In this document: positions 16,541-24,459 of the stretch, piece by piece
How positions within the stretch are numbered: position 1 is the stretch's first letter
How the letters are laid out: each line of letters starts with the position of its first letter
NCBI GenBank assembly: GCA_964466175.1
Contig: CAYXMT010000004.1
Coordinates: 1-32,000, forward strand
Direction of reading: 5' to 3'
DNA from: an uncultured Methanosarcinales archaeon
Lineage (GTDB): Archaea > Nanobdellota > Nanobdellia > Woesearchaeales > GW2011-AR4
DNA: 32,000 nucleotides
Notes under the pieces: model-generated
The model's input: the letters and a program-made list of their open reading frames with translations, nothing else
Databases searched by the model: none
What the model was told of the DNA's origin: nothing
Program-made: the position numbers and the translations under genes

Positions 16541-18440
16541 TTTGCATTAATTCTTGTCTACCTGACATGACCCACGCATTTGGTTTGTTATTAAGATTAT
16601 TCTTCTTATCCATATACTTGGATACTGCAGTAGTGACCACAATCATTTTCTGGCCGTTGGTTAATTCTTTGCGTTTTTGACCGATGTATTTCTTTACAGA
16701 TTTAAGAATGTCATTTTTCTCTATAAACGCTGTTGTAAATTTCCCCTTGACAAAATTTTTGTTGTGCAAAACAGCCAGATGGAAAGGTATTGTTGTCTTT
16801 ACACCTTCTATAAAATATTCTTTTAGTGCCCTGTTCATCCTGGTTATTGCCTCATGTCTGTCATTTCCATGGCATATTAACAAGGATAATAATGAATCAT
16901 AATCAGGCAGCACTTTATAGCCCTGGTGGCATATGCTGTTAACCCTTATTCCCGGACCTCCAGGAGGAAGATAATTAGTTATTAATCCGATTGAAGGCCT
17001 GAAATCTTCCAAAGGATCTTCTGCATTGACCCTACACTCTATTGCCCATCCATCAAGCTTGATATGGTCCTGGTTAAATGCAAGTTTTGCTCCTGCCGCA
17101 AGCTTAATCTGTTCCTTGACAAGGTCCACTCCAGTGACCATTTCAGTAACTCCGTGTTCAACTTGTATTCTTGTATTCATTTCTATAAAATAGAAATTCT
17201 TGCTCTTGTCCAGCAAAAACTCTACGGTTCCGGCTCCTTCGTACCTTGCAGCTGACACAGCTCGTACAGCAGCGTCTCCCATTTTTTCCCTTAACTCTGC
17301 AGTTATAGCTGGACTAGGGCTTTCCTCAACAAGTTTCTGGTGTTTTCTTTGGATACTGCAATCTCTTTCACCTAAATGAACAACATTGCCATAACGGTCC
17401 GCTAATATCTGGAATTCTATATGCCTGGGCTCTTCAATATATTTCTCCATATACAAAGTTTTGTCTCCAAAAGACAGGAAAGCCTCTGCTCCGGCACTCA
17501 CATAGGCTTTTTCCATCTCTTCTTCCTCCGTAACAATCCTCATCCCTTTTCCGCCTCCGCCGGCTGCAGCCTTGATTATAACAGGAAATCCTAATTTCTT
17601 GGCTATCTTAAACGCATGTTTCCAGTTTTTCAATGCTATTGTAGTTCCTTCTATTACCTGTACCTTAGCCTTAGTCACTGTCCTCTTTGCCATGACCTTG
17701 TCTCCCAAAAGCATGATTGTCTTTGACAAAGGCCCTATAAACTTGATTTGGTTTTTCTCGCATAATTTTGCAAACTTTGCATTCTCTGCCAGAAATCCGT
17801 ATCCAGGATGTATTGCATCAGATTCTGTCTTTTTGGCAATGCTGATTATTTTATTAATATCCAGATAACTTACTCCCGAACCCATGCAGCATGCCTTGTC
17901 TGCAAACTTTACTGACAAGCTGTCTTTATCGTTGCTAGAATAAACCAAAACAGTTTCTATTCCTAGCTCGCGACAAGCCCTAATAACTCTTAGAGCTATT
18001 TCTCCCCTATTGGCTATCAAAACTCTCTTGAATTCCTTCTCCTTAGACAGAATAGTATACTCTTTTTCACTAAAGCTAGAAACGCTTAATCCCTTAGCAA
18101 CCATGTCAATAAATGTCTGGGAAGATTTGCTGCCCACTATTTTCTTCAGCTCTCTTGCATCCAGGCTGGGAATTTTTTTGATTAAGCTTGATGTTATTGT
18201 ATCCCCGAGTTCGGCCAGATTAGCTTTTTTAAACACCTTTTTTCTTTTATCAATTGGAACAATATTGCTCTTAATCAAAGTTTCAACCTCTTCATAAACT
18301 AATGGGGCTGTTTTTTTTATTTTACGAAAGACTTTTTTAAAGGCCTCATAAGAGTGTTCCGCAGGAGTTAGACTCCTATTTAGAGCTGAGACAAATTTCT
18401 CCTTCATTCTGAATGAAATATTATTTTTTTTCTTACCCAT
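16533..18440 (-). CDS. accC: Biotin carboxylase (ATP-grasp) with an N-terminal extension of about 136 aa and a C-terminal tail
   Basis: Core motifs FKRVLIANRGEIALRVIRACRELGIE, KAAAGGGGKGMRIV and EMNTRIQVEHGVTE. The track start 18467 is a TTG. The ATG at 18440 is preceded by AGGAG with a 5-nt spacer, so I prefer it. Confidence 0.9.
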   Translation of the reverse strand: MGKKKNNISFRMKEKFVSALNRSLTPAEHSYEAFKKVFRKIKKTAPLVYEEVETLIKSNIVPIDKRKKVFKKANLAELGDTITSSLIKKIPSLDARELKKIVGSKSSQTFIDMVAKGLSVSSFSEKEYTILSKEKEFKRVLIANRGEIALRVIRACRELGIETVLVYSSNDKDSLSVKFADKACCMGSGVSYLDINKIISIAKKTESDAIHPGYGFLAENAKFAKLCEKNQIKFIGPLSKTIMLLGDKVMAKRTVTKAKVQVIEGTTIALKNWKHAFKIAKKLGFPVIIKAAAGGGGKGMRIVTEEEEMEKAYVSAGAEAFLSFGDKTLYMEKYIEEPRHIEFQILADRYGNVVHLGERDCSIQRKHQKLVEESPSPAITAELREKMGDAAVRAVSAARYEGAGTVEFLLDKSKNFYFIEMNTRIQVEHGVTEMVTGVDLVKEQIKLAAGAKLAFNQDHIKLDGWAIECRVNAEDPLEDFRPSIGLITNYLPPGGPGIRVNSICHQGYKVLPDYDSLLSLLICHGNDRHEAITRMNRALKEYFIEGVKTTIPFHLAVLHNKNFVKGKFTTAFIEKNDILKSVKKYIGQKRKELTNGQKMIVVTTAVSKYMDKKNNLNNKPNAWVMSGRQELMQNE

Positions 18441-18510
18441 TATTACTCCTAATGTATAGGTTTTCAATTTATAAATATTTGCATATATAGAAGGTAGATA
18501 TTACGGATTA

Positions 18511-21225
18511 TTATCTTTCAAGAGAACCAAGAGTTTCCCCTAATTTGTCAAAATTCTCTCCAAACACAATCCAGTCGCCTTTATCCATTGCATCAAGAAT
18601 TGAATCGTAATAAGCACCTGCTTCCTTAATCAGATCTTCTTGGAATCTGTCTTCCACAATAGTTTCAGTAGTCCTTACAGCCCTGGATTTACCAAATAGT
18701 TTCTCTAAAGCAGTTGCAAGGTCTATTTCCATAACAACTCTTTCTCCATCAGAAACTAAAACTCTTTTCAGCTCCGGCAGCTGTCCTTTTTCAGCTTGAA
18801 TATACAAAGGTTCTATGTACAATAAACTATTCTCAATAGGTATAACAAGAAGATTGCCGCGAGTAACTCTAGAGCCTTGCTGGCCCCAAAGAGTCAACTG
18901 TTGGGAAATTTCAGAATCTTGATCAATCCTTGCCTCTATCTGCAATGGTCCGTAAATCAGCTTATCTTTTGGGAATTTGTAAAGCAGCAGTTTACCATAA
19001 TTCTCTTTATCAGACCTTGCAGCAAGCCATGCAATCATATTGTCCTTCTTTATTGGCGTAAAAGTGGTCATCAGCACAAATTCTTCTTTCTTCTCATCAG
19101 GAAGTTTCATGATTATATAGTAAGGCTCTACTTCTGTTTGCTGACCTGTGCCGTAAATCTCATAAGGTATTTGCCATGCATCCTCTTTATTGTAGAATAC
19201 AGTCGGATCGTTCATATGGTATGTACTGTAAATTGTGCTTTGAACTTTAAAAAGGTCCTCTGGATACCTAAGATGGTCTTTAAGGCCTTCAGGAAAATCA
19301 TCAAAGTTCCTGAATTGTCCTGGGAATATATTGGAATAAACTTTCATCAGTGGATCATTCTTATCAACCACATAATAAGTAACATCTCCATCATAAGCGC
19401 CAACAACAACTTTTACTGAATTCCTCATATAATTTATTCTACCAAATTTCTGCGAGTAAGGGAAATTCCCTGTAACAGTATATGCATCCTGAATCCAATA
19501 CAACTTTCCATCATCTATTACAAGGTAAGGGTCATTGTCCAGCATAAGGAACGGTGTTACCTTTGAAATACGATGCTGGATGTTCCGCAAAAACATTATT
19601 TTACTCTCTTTTGTGACATCTGAGGACAGAAGAATCTTGATATCTGCAAAACGCAGGGCCATCAGAAATTTTTTAATAAAAGAATCAAGATTTACTCCGC
19701 CCTTTCCATCATAGCTAATATACTCATTTACGTTTCCTTTGGGAAAATCAAACTCTTTTGTTTTTGTATTTACCAGGACAAAATTATTGTCTTTCTCACC
19801 ATAATATATTCTTGGCTGCTCAACTTTAATATCGCCTTCCTTGACAGTATATGACGGAGGAATATCCTTAACAAGATAATTAGGCAATCCTTGTTTAGTA
19901 ACCTCGTTTACAGGACTCATCACAACTCCAAAACCATGGCTGTAAACCATATGCAGGTTCACCCAAGTCTGGGCATTTTCCGTGATTTGGTTTTGGTCAA
20001 GTTCTCTAGGGGCCAGCATAACCTGAGTATATTCCCCATCAATAGTATATCTGTCAATATCAATTCCTGATAAATCATAATAAAGCCTAATCTCTTGGGT
20101 CTGCTTGTAGGTTGTTGTTAATGGCCGGTAATCAAGGATCCTTACATTACTTATGGTTTCTTTTTCTTTCTCCAAAACAGCTGCATTCAGGTTCTGCTCA
20201 ACATCAAAATCTTTTTCCTCCACTTCATCTAGCCCATAAGCTATTTTTGTAAATTTGATATTGTTCTCAATATACGGCTTCTCAAGGTTGATCTCATTTG
20301 GACTTACTTTTAAGGATTGTACAATTCCGGGAATAATAGTCTCTCCTACTGCAGCAAATCCAAGATAGATAATCAAAACAAAAAGAAGTATATGCCTCTT
20401 ACCCAGTTTTTGGGATTTTGAAAAGAAAATTATCCATACATAAAACAATGCAGCAATGATTACTGCAAATATCATCAGGAATTTTACAATTGGCAGAAAA
20501 ACAACAACATCAGTGTATCCTGCCCCTACAACAATGCCGTTTTCAGAATACATGACAGAAAATCTGTCAAAATAATGCTTTGCTCCTAGCAGGAAAAATA
20601 TAAATGATGCTAATATAAACGTATGCACCATAGCCCCTCTTTTTATCTTTGAAACTTCCTTCCAGAAATCAAATGATTTGTAGATTGTGTTTGTATTTGG
20701 GTCAACTTGAGGAGTAAGAACAGAGGTTATGAACTGCTGCAAATAATATAAAACAACTATTGCTCCTGTTACCATAACAGTAACAAACAAAAACTTCCAC
20801 AAAAACAGGAAAAATGGCAGTGAAAAGACATAGAAAGCAACGTCTTTCCCAAGAATAGGATCCTGGAGATTAAAAGAAACTCGGTTTATGTATTGAAGAA
20901 ACAGCAGCCATGCATTCGAAGCAGACAAGCCCTGAAAAACCGACAGCAATACAATGATTAATACGCTTATCTTGAATGGAAGTTTTGAGCTTTGAATCCT
21001 TGATGCTATTTTCAAATTTATCGCTGCAAACAGGAAGAAAAACAAAGCCGCGACAAAAAACAGGATAAGTTTTGATGTTAAGCTTACTGTAAATATCTTT
21101 GAGAATCCCAAAGCAGAAAACCAAAGATAATCTGTATAAAGAGCCACAATCTTGGATATTGAAAGGATAAATGCCATTATTAACAATATCAGAAATGATT
21201 GCATGAATTTTCTAAGATTAGGCAT
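18511..21225 (-). CDS. UPF0182 family large membrane protein
   Basis: 904 aa with about 7 N-terminal TM segments, including VALYTDYLWFSALGF, and a large soluble C-terminal portion. Architecture and motif recall UPF0182/COG1615. Assignment is from memory of the family. Confidence 0.65.
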   Translation of the reverse strand: MPNLRKFMQSFLILLIMAFILSISKIVALYTDYLWFSALGFSKIFTVSLTSKLILFFVAALFFFLFAAINLKIASRIQSSKLPFKISVLIIVLLSVFQGLSASNAWLLFLQYINRVSFNLQDPILGKDVAFYVFSLPFFLFLWKFLFVTVMVTGAIVVLYYLQQFITSVLTPQVDPNTNTIYKSFDFWKEVSKIKRGAMVHTFILASFIFFLLGAKHYFDRFSVMYSENGIVVGAGYTDVVVFLPIVKFLMIFAVIIAALFYVWIIFFSKSQKLGKRHILLFVLIIYLGFAAVGETIIPGIVQSLKVSPNEINLEKPYIENNIKFTKIAYGLDEVEEKDFDVEQNLNAAVLEKEKETISNVRILDYRPLTTTYKQTQEIRLYYDLSGIDIDRYTIDGEYTQVMLAPRELDQNQITENAQTWVNLHMVYSHGFGVVMSPVNEVTKQGLPNYLVKDIPPSYTVKEGDIKVEQPRIYYGEKDNNFVLVNTKTKEFDFPKGNVNEYISYDGKGGVNLDSFIKKFLMALRFADIKILLSSDVTKESKIMFLRNIQHRISKVTPFLMLDNDPYLVIDDGKLYWIQDAYTVTGNFPYSQKFGRINYMRNSVKVVVGAYDGDVTYYVVDKNDPLMKVYSNIFPGQFRNFDDFPEGLKDHLRYPEDLFKVQSTIYSTYHMNDPTVFYNKEDAWQIPYEIYGTGQQTEVEPYYIIMKLPDEKKEEFVLMTTFTPIKKDNMIAWLAARSDKENYGKLLLYKFPKDKLIYGPLQIEARIDQDSEISQQLTLWGQQGSRVTRGNLLVIPIENSLLYIEPLYIQAEKGQLPELKRVLVSDGERVVMEIDLATALEKLFGKSRAVRTTETIVEDRFQEDLIKEAGAYYDSILDAMDKGDWIVFGENFDKLGETLGSLER

Positions 21226-21298
21226 ATAATTTATGTAACGAACGTTTGTTTTTAAAGGTTATGAAATTGATGCAGCGTATATCAGCTCCAACGAAAGC

Positions 21299-21306
21299 TT
21301 TTTAAA
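21299..21306 (+). promoter_or_regulatory. Putative TATA box of the fabZ-thiolase operon
   Basis: TTTTTAAA is centred about 26 nt upstream of ATG 21328, which implies a leaderless transcript. Confidence 0.45.
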
Positions 21307-21327
21307 CGCCCCAGGGTTAGACAGCCC

Positions 21328-21825
21328 ATGAAATCCATAGATAGTTTTAAGGATAAAAAAGGGCAGATAGGCACAAAGAACATCAAGAAGATTATACCTT
21401 ATGAAAAACCTTTTTTATTCATTGACAAAGTTTTAAGGCTTGACAAAAGGGAAATAGTGGCGATAAAAAACATAAGAAGTGATGAAGATTACTTTAAGGG
21501 CCATTTTAAAGGATTTCCCATTATGCCTGGAGCATTGATTGTAGAAGGTCTTGGACAAGCTGCAACTTTGCTAGTAAGATACAACATAAAGAATCAGGAA
21601 CAAAAAGATGTTTTGGCTTACAAGATCAGGTCTGCCAAATTTTACAGGCCCACTTTTCCAGGCCATACATTAAGGTTTGAAGCTAAGTTGATTTTCATGT
21701 TCAAAAAAATAGCTTTTGTAAACGGCAAGGTTTTCAGAAAAGATAAGATGGTTTCAAAAGTAAAGATGGTGATGGCAATAGTAAATAAGAAAAGCTTTAG
21801 AGGAAGATACAGCGGGAAAAAATAA
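21328..21825 (+). CDS. fabZ: FabZ/FabA-type 3-hydroxyacyl thioester dehydratase (hotdog fold)
   Basis: PFLFIDKVLRLD...DEDYFKGHFKGFPIMPGALIVEGLGQAA carries the FabZ catalytic His (GHF) and Glu (VEGLGQ) motifs. Confidence 0.85.
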   Translation: MKSIDSFKDKKGQIGTKNIKKIIPYEKPFLFIDKVLRLDKREIVAIKNIRSDEDYFKGHFKGFPIMPGALIVEGLGQAATLLVRYNIKNQEQKDVLAYKIRSAKFYRPTFPGHTLRFEAKLIFMFKKIAFVNGKVFRKDKMVSKVKMVMAIVNKKSFRGRYSGKK

Positions 21826-21853
21826 AAACAGATATATTCTATTTAAACTTAAA

Positions 21854-22984
21854 ATGTATTACGTAAAAGGCGTAGGAATGACGAAATTTGGTGTTCATAG
21901 TAAAACCAGTCAGGAGTTGTGTTATGAAGCGGTAATGGAAGCATTGGAAGATGCTAATATGCAATTATCAGATATAGATCAGATAATAATCTCCAAAGGA
22001 GATTCATTGCATGATGGGGAAAGGCAAAGATTATTCCAGGGAGTATTGAGCAACATATTAGGATGTGAGGACATACCTATTTTCAGAGTTACAGCAGCAT
22101 GTAGTGGCGGAGGTTCCGCTTTCTGGGATGCTGTGCACTCAGGCAAAAAAAATGTGCTCGTGCTTGGAGTAGAAAAGTTAAGCCCATGCCTTACCAAATA
22201 TTTGACTGATGAGTTTATGATGGCTGCTGAAAGGATTTATGAACAAACTGAAGGTCTTAATTTTCCCGCACAAAATGCCCTTGTTGCGCAGCAGTATATG
22301 ATAAAGTACGGTGCAACATCAGATGACCTGGCATTGATTGCATTAAAAAATCACGAGAATGCGTTCGACAATCCAAAAGCAAAATTTTACAAAAAGAAAG
22401 TTACATTAGACATGATAAAAAAATCTCCAGTAGTTGCCAGTCCGCTGAGATTGTTTGACTGCAGTATATCAGTAGACGGTGCTGCAGCTGCAATAATCAG
22501 TAAGGACAAAACAGACATTAAGATAGCTGGCTCTTCATTATATGCTGGCAGATTATCTACTTTTGAAAGTCCGGACATGTCCACATGGGAAGCTACAGTG
22601 CTCGCTGCAAAAGATGCTTATAATGAAGCAGGTGTGACTCATGAAGATATTGACTTTGTTGAAGTGCATGACGCATTCACTCCTGTAGAGCTCCTGTCTT
22701 ATGAAGACCTGGGATTTGCAAAAAAAGGCCAGGGGCCAAAATTGATAAGAGACGGGACAACAAAAATTAATGGTAGTCTTCCTGTCAACACCTCTGGTGG
22801 ATTAAAAGCCAAGGGTCATCCTGTAAGTGCAACAGGTGTTTCTCAAATTTATGAGATTGTCAGACAGATGAGAGGCCGATGTGATAAGAGGCAGCTGGAC
22901 AGAACAAGGACTGGTCTCGCCCATAATGTAGGGGGAGCAGGCAGCACTGTAACAGTCCATATACTAAAGAATTTAGGTGGTTGA
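21854..22984 (+). CDS. Thiolase-superfamily protein, SCP-x/archaeal DUF35-associated type (paralog 1)
   Basis: Motifs VKGVGMTKFG, VTAACSGGGSAF (nucleophile Cys), VHDAFT, NTSGGLKAKGHPVSATG and NVGGAGST. Confidence 0.85.
   Translation: MYYVKGVGMTKFGVHSKTSQELCYEAVMEALEDANMQLSDIDQIIISKGDSLHDGERQRLFQGVLSNILGCEDIPIFRVTAACSGGGSAFWDAVHSGKKNVLVLGVEKLSPCLTKYLTDEFMMAAERIYEQTEGLNFPAQNALVAQQYMIKYGATSDDLALIALKNHENAFDNPKAKFYKKKVTLDMIKKSPVVASPLRLFDCSISVDGAAAAIISKDKTDIKIAGSSLYAGRLSTFESPDMSTWEATVLAAKDAYNEAGVTHEDIDFVEVHDAFTPVELLSYEDLGFAKKGQGPKLIRDGTTKINGSLPVNTSGGLKAKGHPVSATGVSQIYEIVRQMRGRCDKRQLDRTRTGLAHNVGGAGSTVTVHILKNLGG
22229..22507 (+). repeat. Near-identical block shared by the two thiolase paralogs (copy A; copy B at 24856-25134)
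   Basis: About nine in ten nucleotides are identical by eye over 279 nt, including long perfect runs such as TTAAAAAATCACGAGAATGCGTTCGACAATCCAAAAGCAA. The 5' parts of the two genes are strongly diverged. Confidence 0.9.
22745..22806 (+). repeat. Perfect 62-nt repeat between the thiolase paralogs (second copy at 25372-25433)
   Basis: ATAAGAGACGGGACAACAAAAATTAATGGTAGTCTTCCTGTCAACACCTCTGGTGGATTAAA occurs identically in both genes. Confidence 0.95.
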
Positions 22985-22986
22985 AA

Positions 22987-24453
22987 ATGATTGTAAGATG
23001 GGTTTGTGAAAAAGACAACAGGAAATGGATATATCCTATTAAGAAGTGTTTATACTGCGGGGAGCCTGTAAAAAAACAGGTGGGAAGAAAAACAAAAGTC
23101 ATAGGACTGACAAAAGTAAACATTCCTTCACCTTTGCATCCAATAACACCCTATAATATTATCCTTCTTGAGGATGAGTTTGGCAATCGTATGCCAAAGA
23201 AAACAATGAAGGACTACAAAATTGGAGATGTTTATTCAATTGAAAAGGCAAAAACAGATTCTGCAGTTATAATAACAAAAATAAAATATGATTTAGGAGA
23301 ATCGCTAAAGGAATCCCTTAACCTGTTAAATTCATTTGATATTGAAAAACAGGACAAAGTTCTGATAAAGCCCTGCATCATAGAACCTGCATACCCGTAT
23401 CAAACATCGAATACTTCTCCTAAGCTTTTGGATGAAATTATAAAGATGCTGAAAGACATGGGAGTTTCTGATATAATTGTAGGAGACCAGGCCATGCCTG
23501 GCAATGACACAACAGCTTCTGCAAAAAAATCCGGTATTCTTGATGTGTGCAAAAAAAATGATATTCCGTTAGTGGACCTTCGAAAATCGCAATACATTGA
23601 AAAAACTGAGGATGGAATGAAGTTTAGCATCGCAAAAGAAATTATGGAGCGCAAAGTCATCAATGTGCCTGTAATGAAAACGAATTCTCAATTAGGAGTT
23701 TCCGGAGCAATGGAAAATATGCTGAGAGTTGTTGACGAAAATACTCAAATGGAGATGTTTGCAGTAGATATTGAAAAAACCCTGCCAAAGCTGATAAAAG
23801 CACTCCCGAAGTTTGTGACAATAGGTGATGCTACTATAGGTATGCATGCTCAGGGCCCTACCTTACTGGGAGAGCCTGCTTTCATGAACATGCTGTTCAT
23901 AAGCAAAGATCCTGTTGCTTTGGACAGTGCATTTTCCGAAGTAGGTATGCTTCCAACTCCAGAGTACATAAAAGAAGCAACTGGAATCAATGAATATGAT
24001 GCTTATGTAAAGAAATTAGAAATAGTTGGTGATGAATTGGAAGCCGCTAGATATCACCTTAAAGTTCCGGATAAAACAGCAAGTGCGCACCCCAGAATAA
24101 AGCTCATTGATGCTAAATCAAACCCATTAGTATTTTACACAGCATTAAAAGCAAGTTCAAAACTGGTTGGGTTGCCAGGTCATGAGATAAATATAGCAAT
24201 GGGAAAATTTTTAACAGAAGAAATGGTAAATGGAAAGAAAAGAATAATAGCATATGGAACAGACGCCATAAATAAGCTAAAAGAACTGAATATAACCCCC
24301 ATAGCAGAGGTTCCGGAAGATATGGGAGACATAGAAAAATTAACACTACTAAAAAGCATCCTTGAAAACCCGGACAAAAAAAGCGTAAGTGTAAAGGACA
24401 AAATGAAATCAAAACTTGCAGGGCTTGGAGCTAAGATTAAAGGTGCATTCTGA
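22987..24453 (+). CDS. DUF35 (zinc-ribbon + OB fold) fused to a DUF362-like domain and an unassigned C-terminal region
   Basis: The N-terminus has VCEKD...CLYCGEP followed by the OB-like GRKTKVIGLTKVNIPSPLHPITPYNIILLEDEFGN...IGDVY. The middle has DKVLIKPC, IIVGDQA, VINVPVMKTNSQLGVSGAMEN and IGDATIGMHAQGPTLLGEP...ISKDPVALDS (DUF362 pattern). The track start 22981 is a TTG. The ATG at 22987 lies 2 nt after the thiolase-1 stop. Confidence 0.7.
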   Translation: MIVRWVCEKDNRKWIYPIKKCLYCGEPVKKQVGRKTKVIGLTKVNIPSPLHPITPYNIILLEDEFGNRMPKKTMKDYKIGDVYSIEKAKTDSAVIITKIKYDLGESLKESLNLLNSFDIEKQDKVLIKPCIIEPAYPYQTSNTSPKLLDEIIKMLKDMGVSDIIVGDQAMPGNDTTASAKKSGILDVCKKNDIPLVDLRKSQYIEKTEDGMKFSIAKEIMERKVINVPVMKTNSQLGVSGAMENMLRVVDENTQMEMFAVDIEKTLPKLIKALPKFVTIGDATIGMHAQGPTLLGEPAFMNMLFISKDPVALDSAFSEVGMLPTPEYIKEATGINEYDAYVKKLEIVGDELEAARYHLKVPDKTASAHPRIKLIDAKSNPLVFYTALKASSKLVGLPGHEINIAMGKFLTEEMVNGKKRIIAYGTDAINKLKELNITPIAEVPEDMGDIEKLTLLKSILENPDKKSVSVKDKMKSKLAGLGAKIKGAF

Positions 24454-24459
24454 TTTAAG

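Noticed and set aside
22981-22986. TTG starts proposed by the ORF track at 22981. The same issue occurs at 28872 and 18467, and with a GTG at 31994.
   Set aside because: In-frame ATGs a few codons downstream (22987, 28884, 18440) avoid overlaps or have better Shine-Dalgarno spacing. The GTG at 31994 is simply internal to a gpsA ORF that continues off the window.
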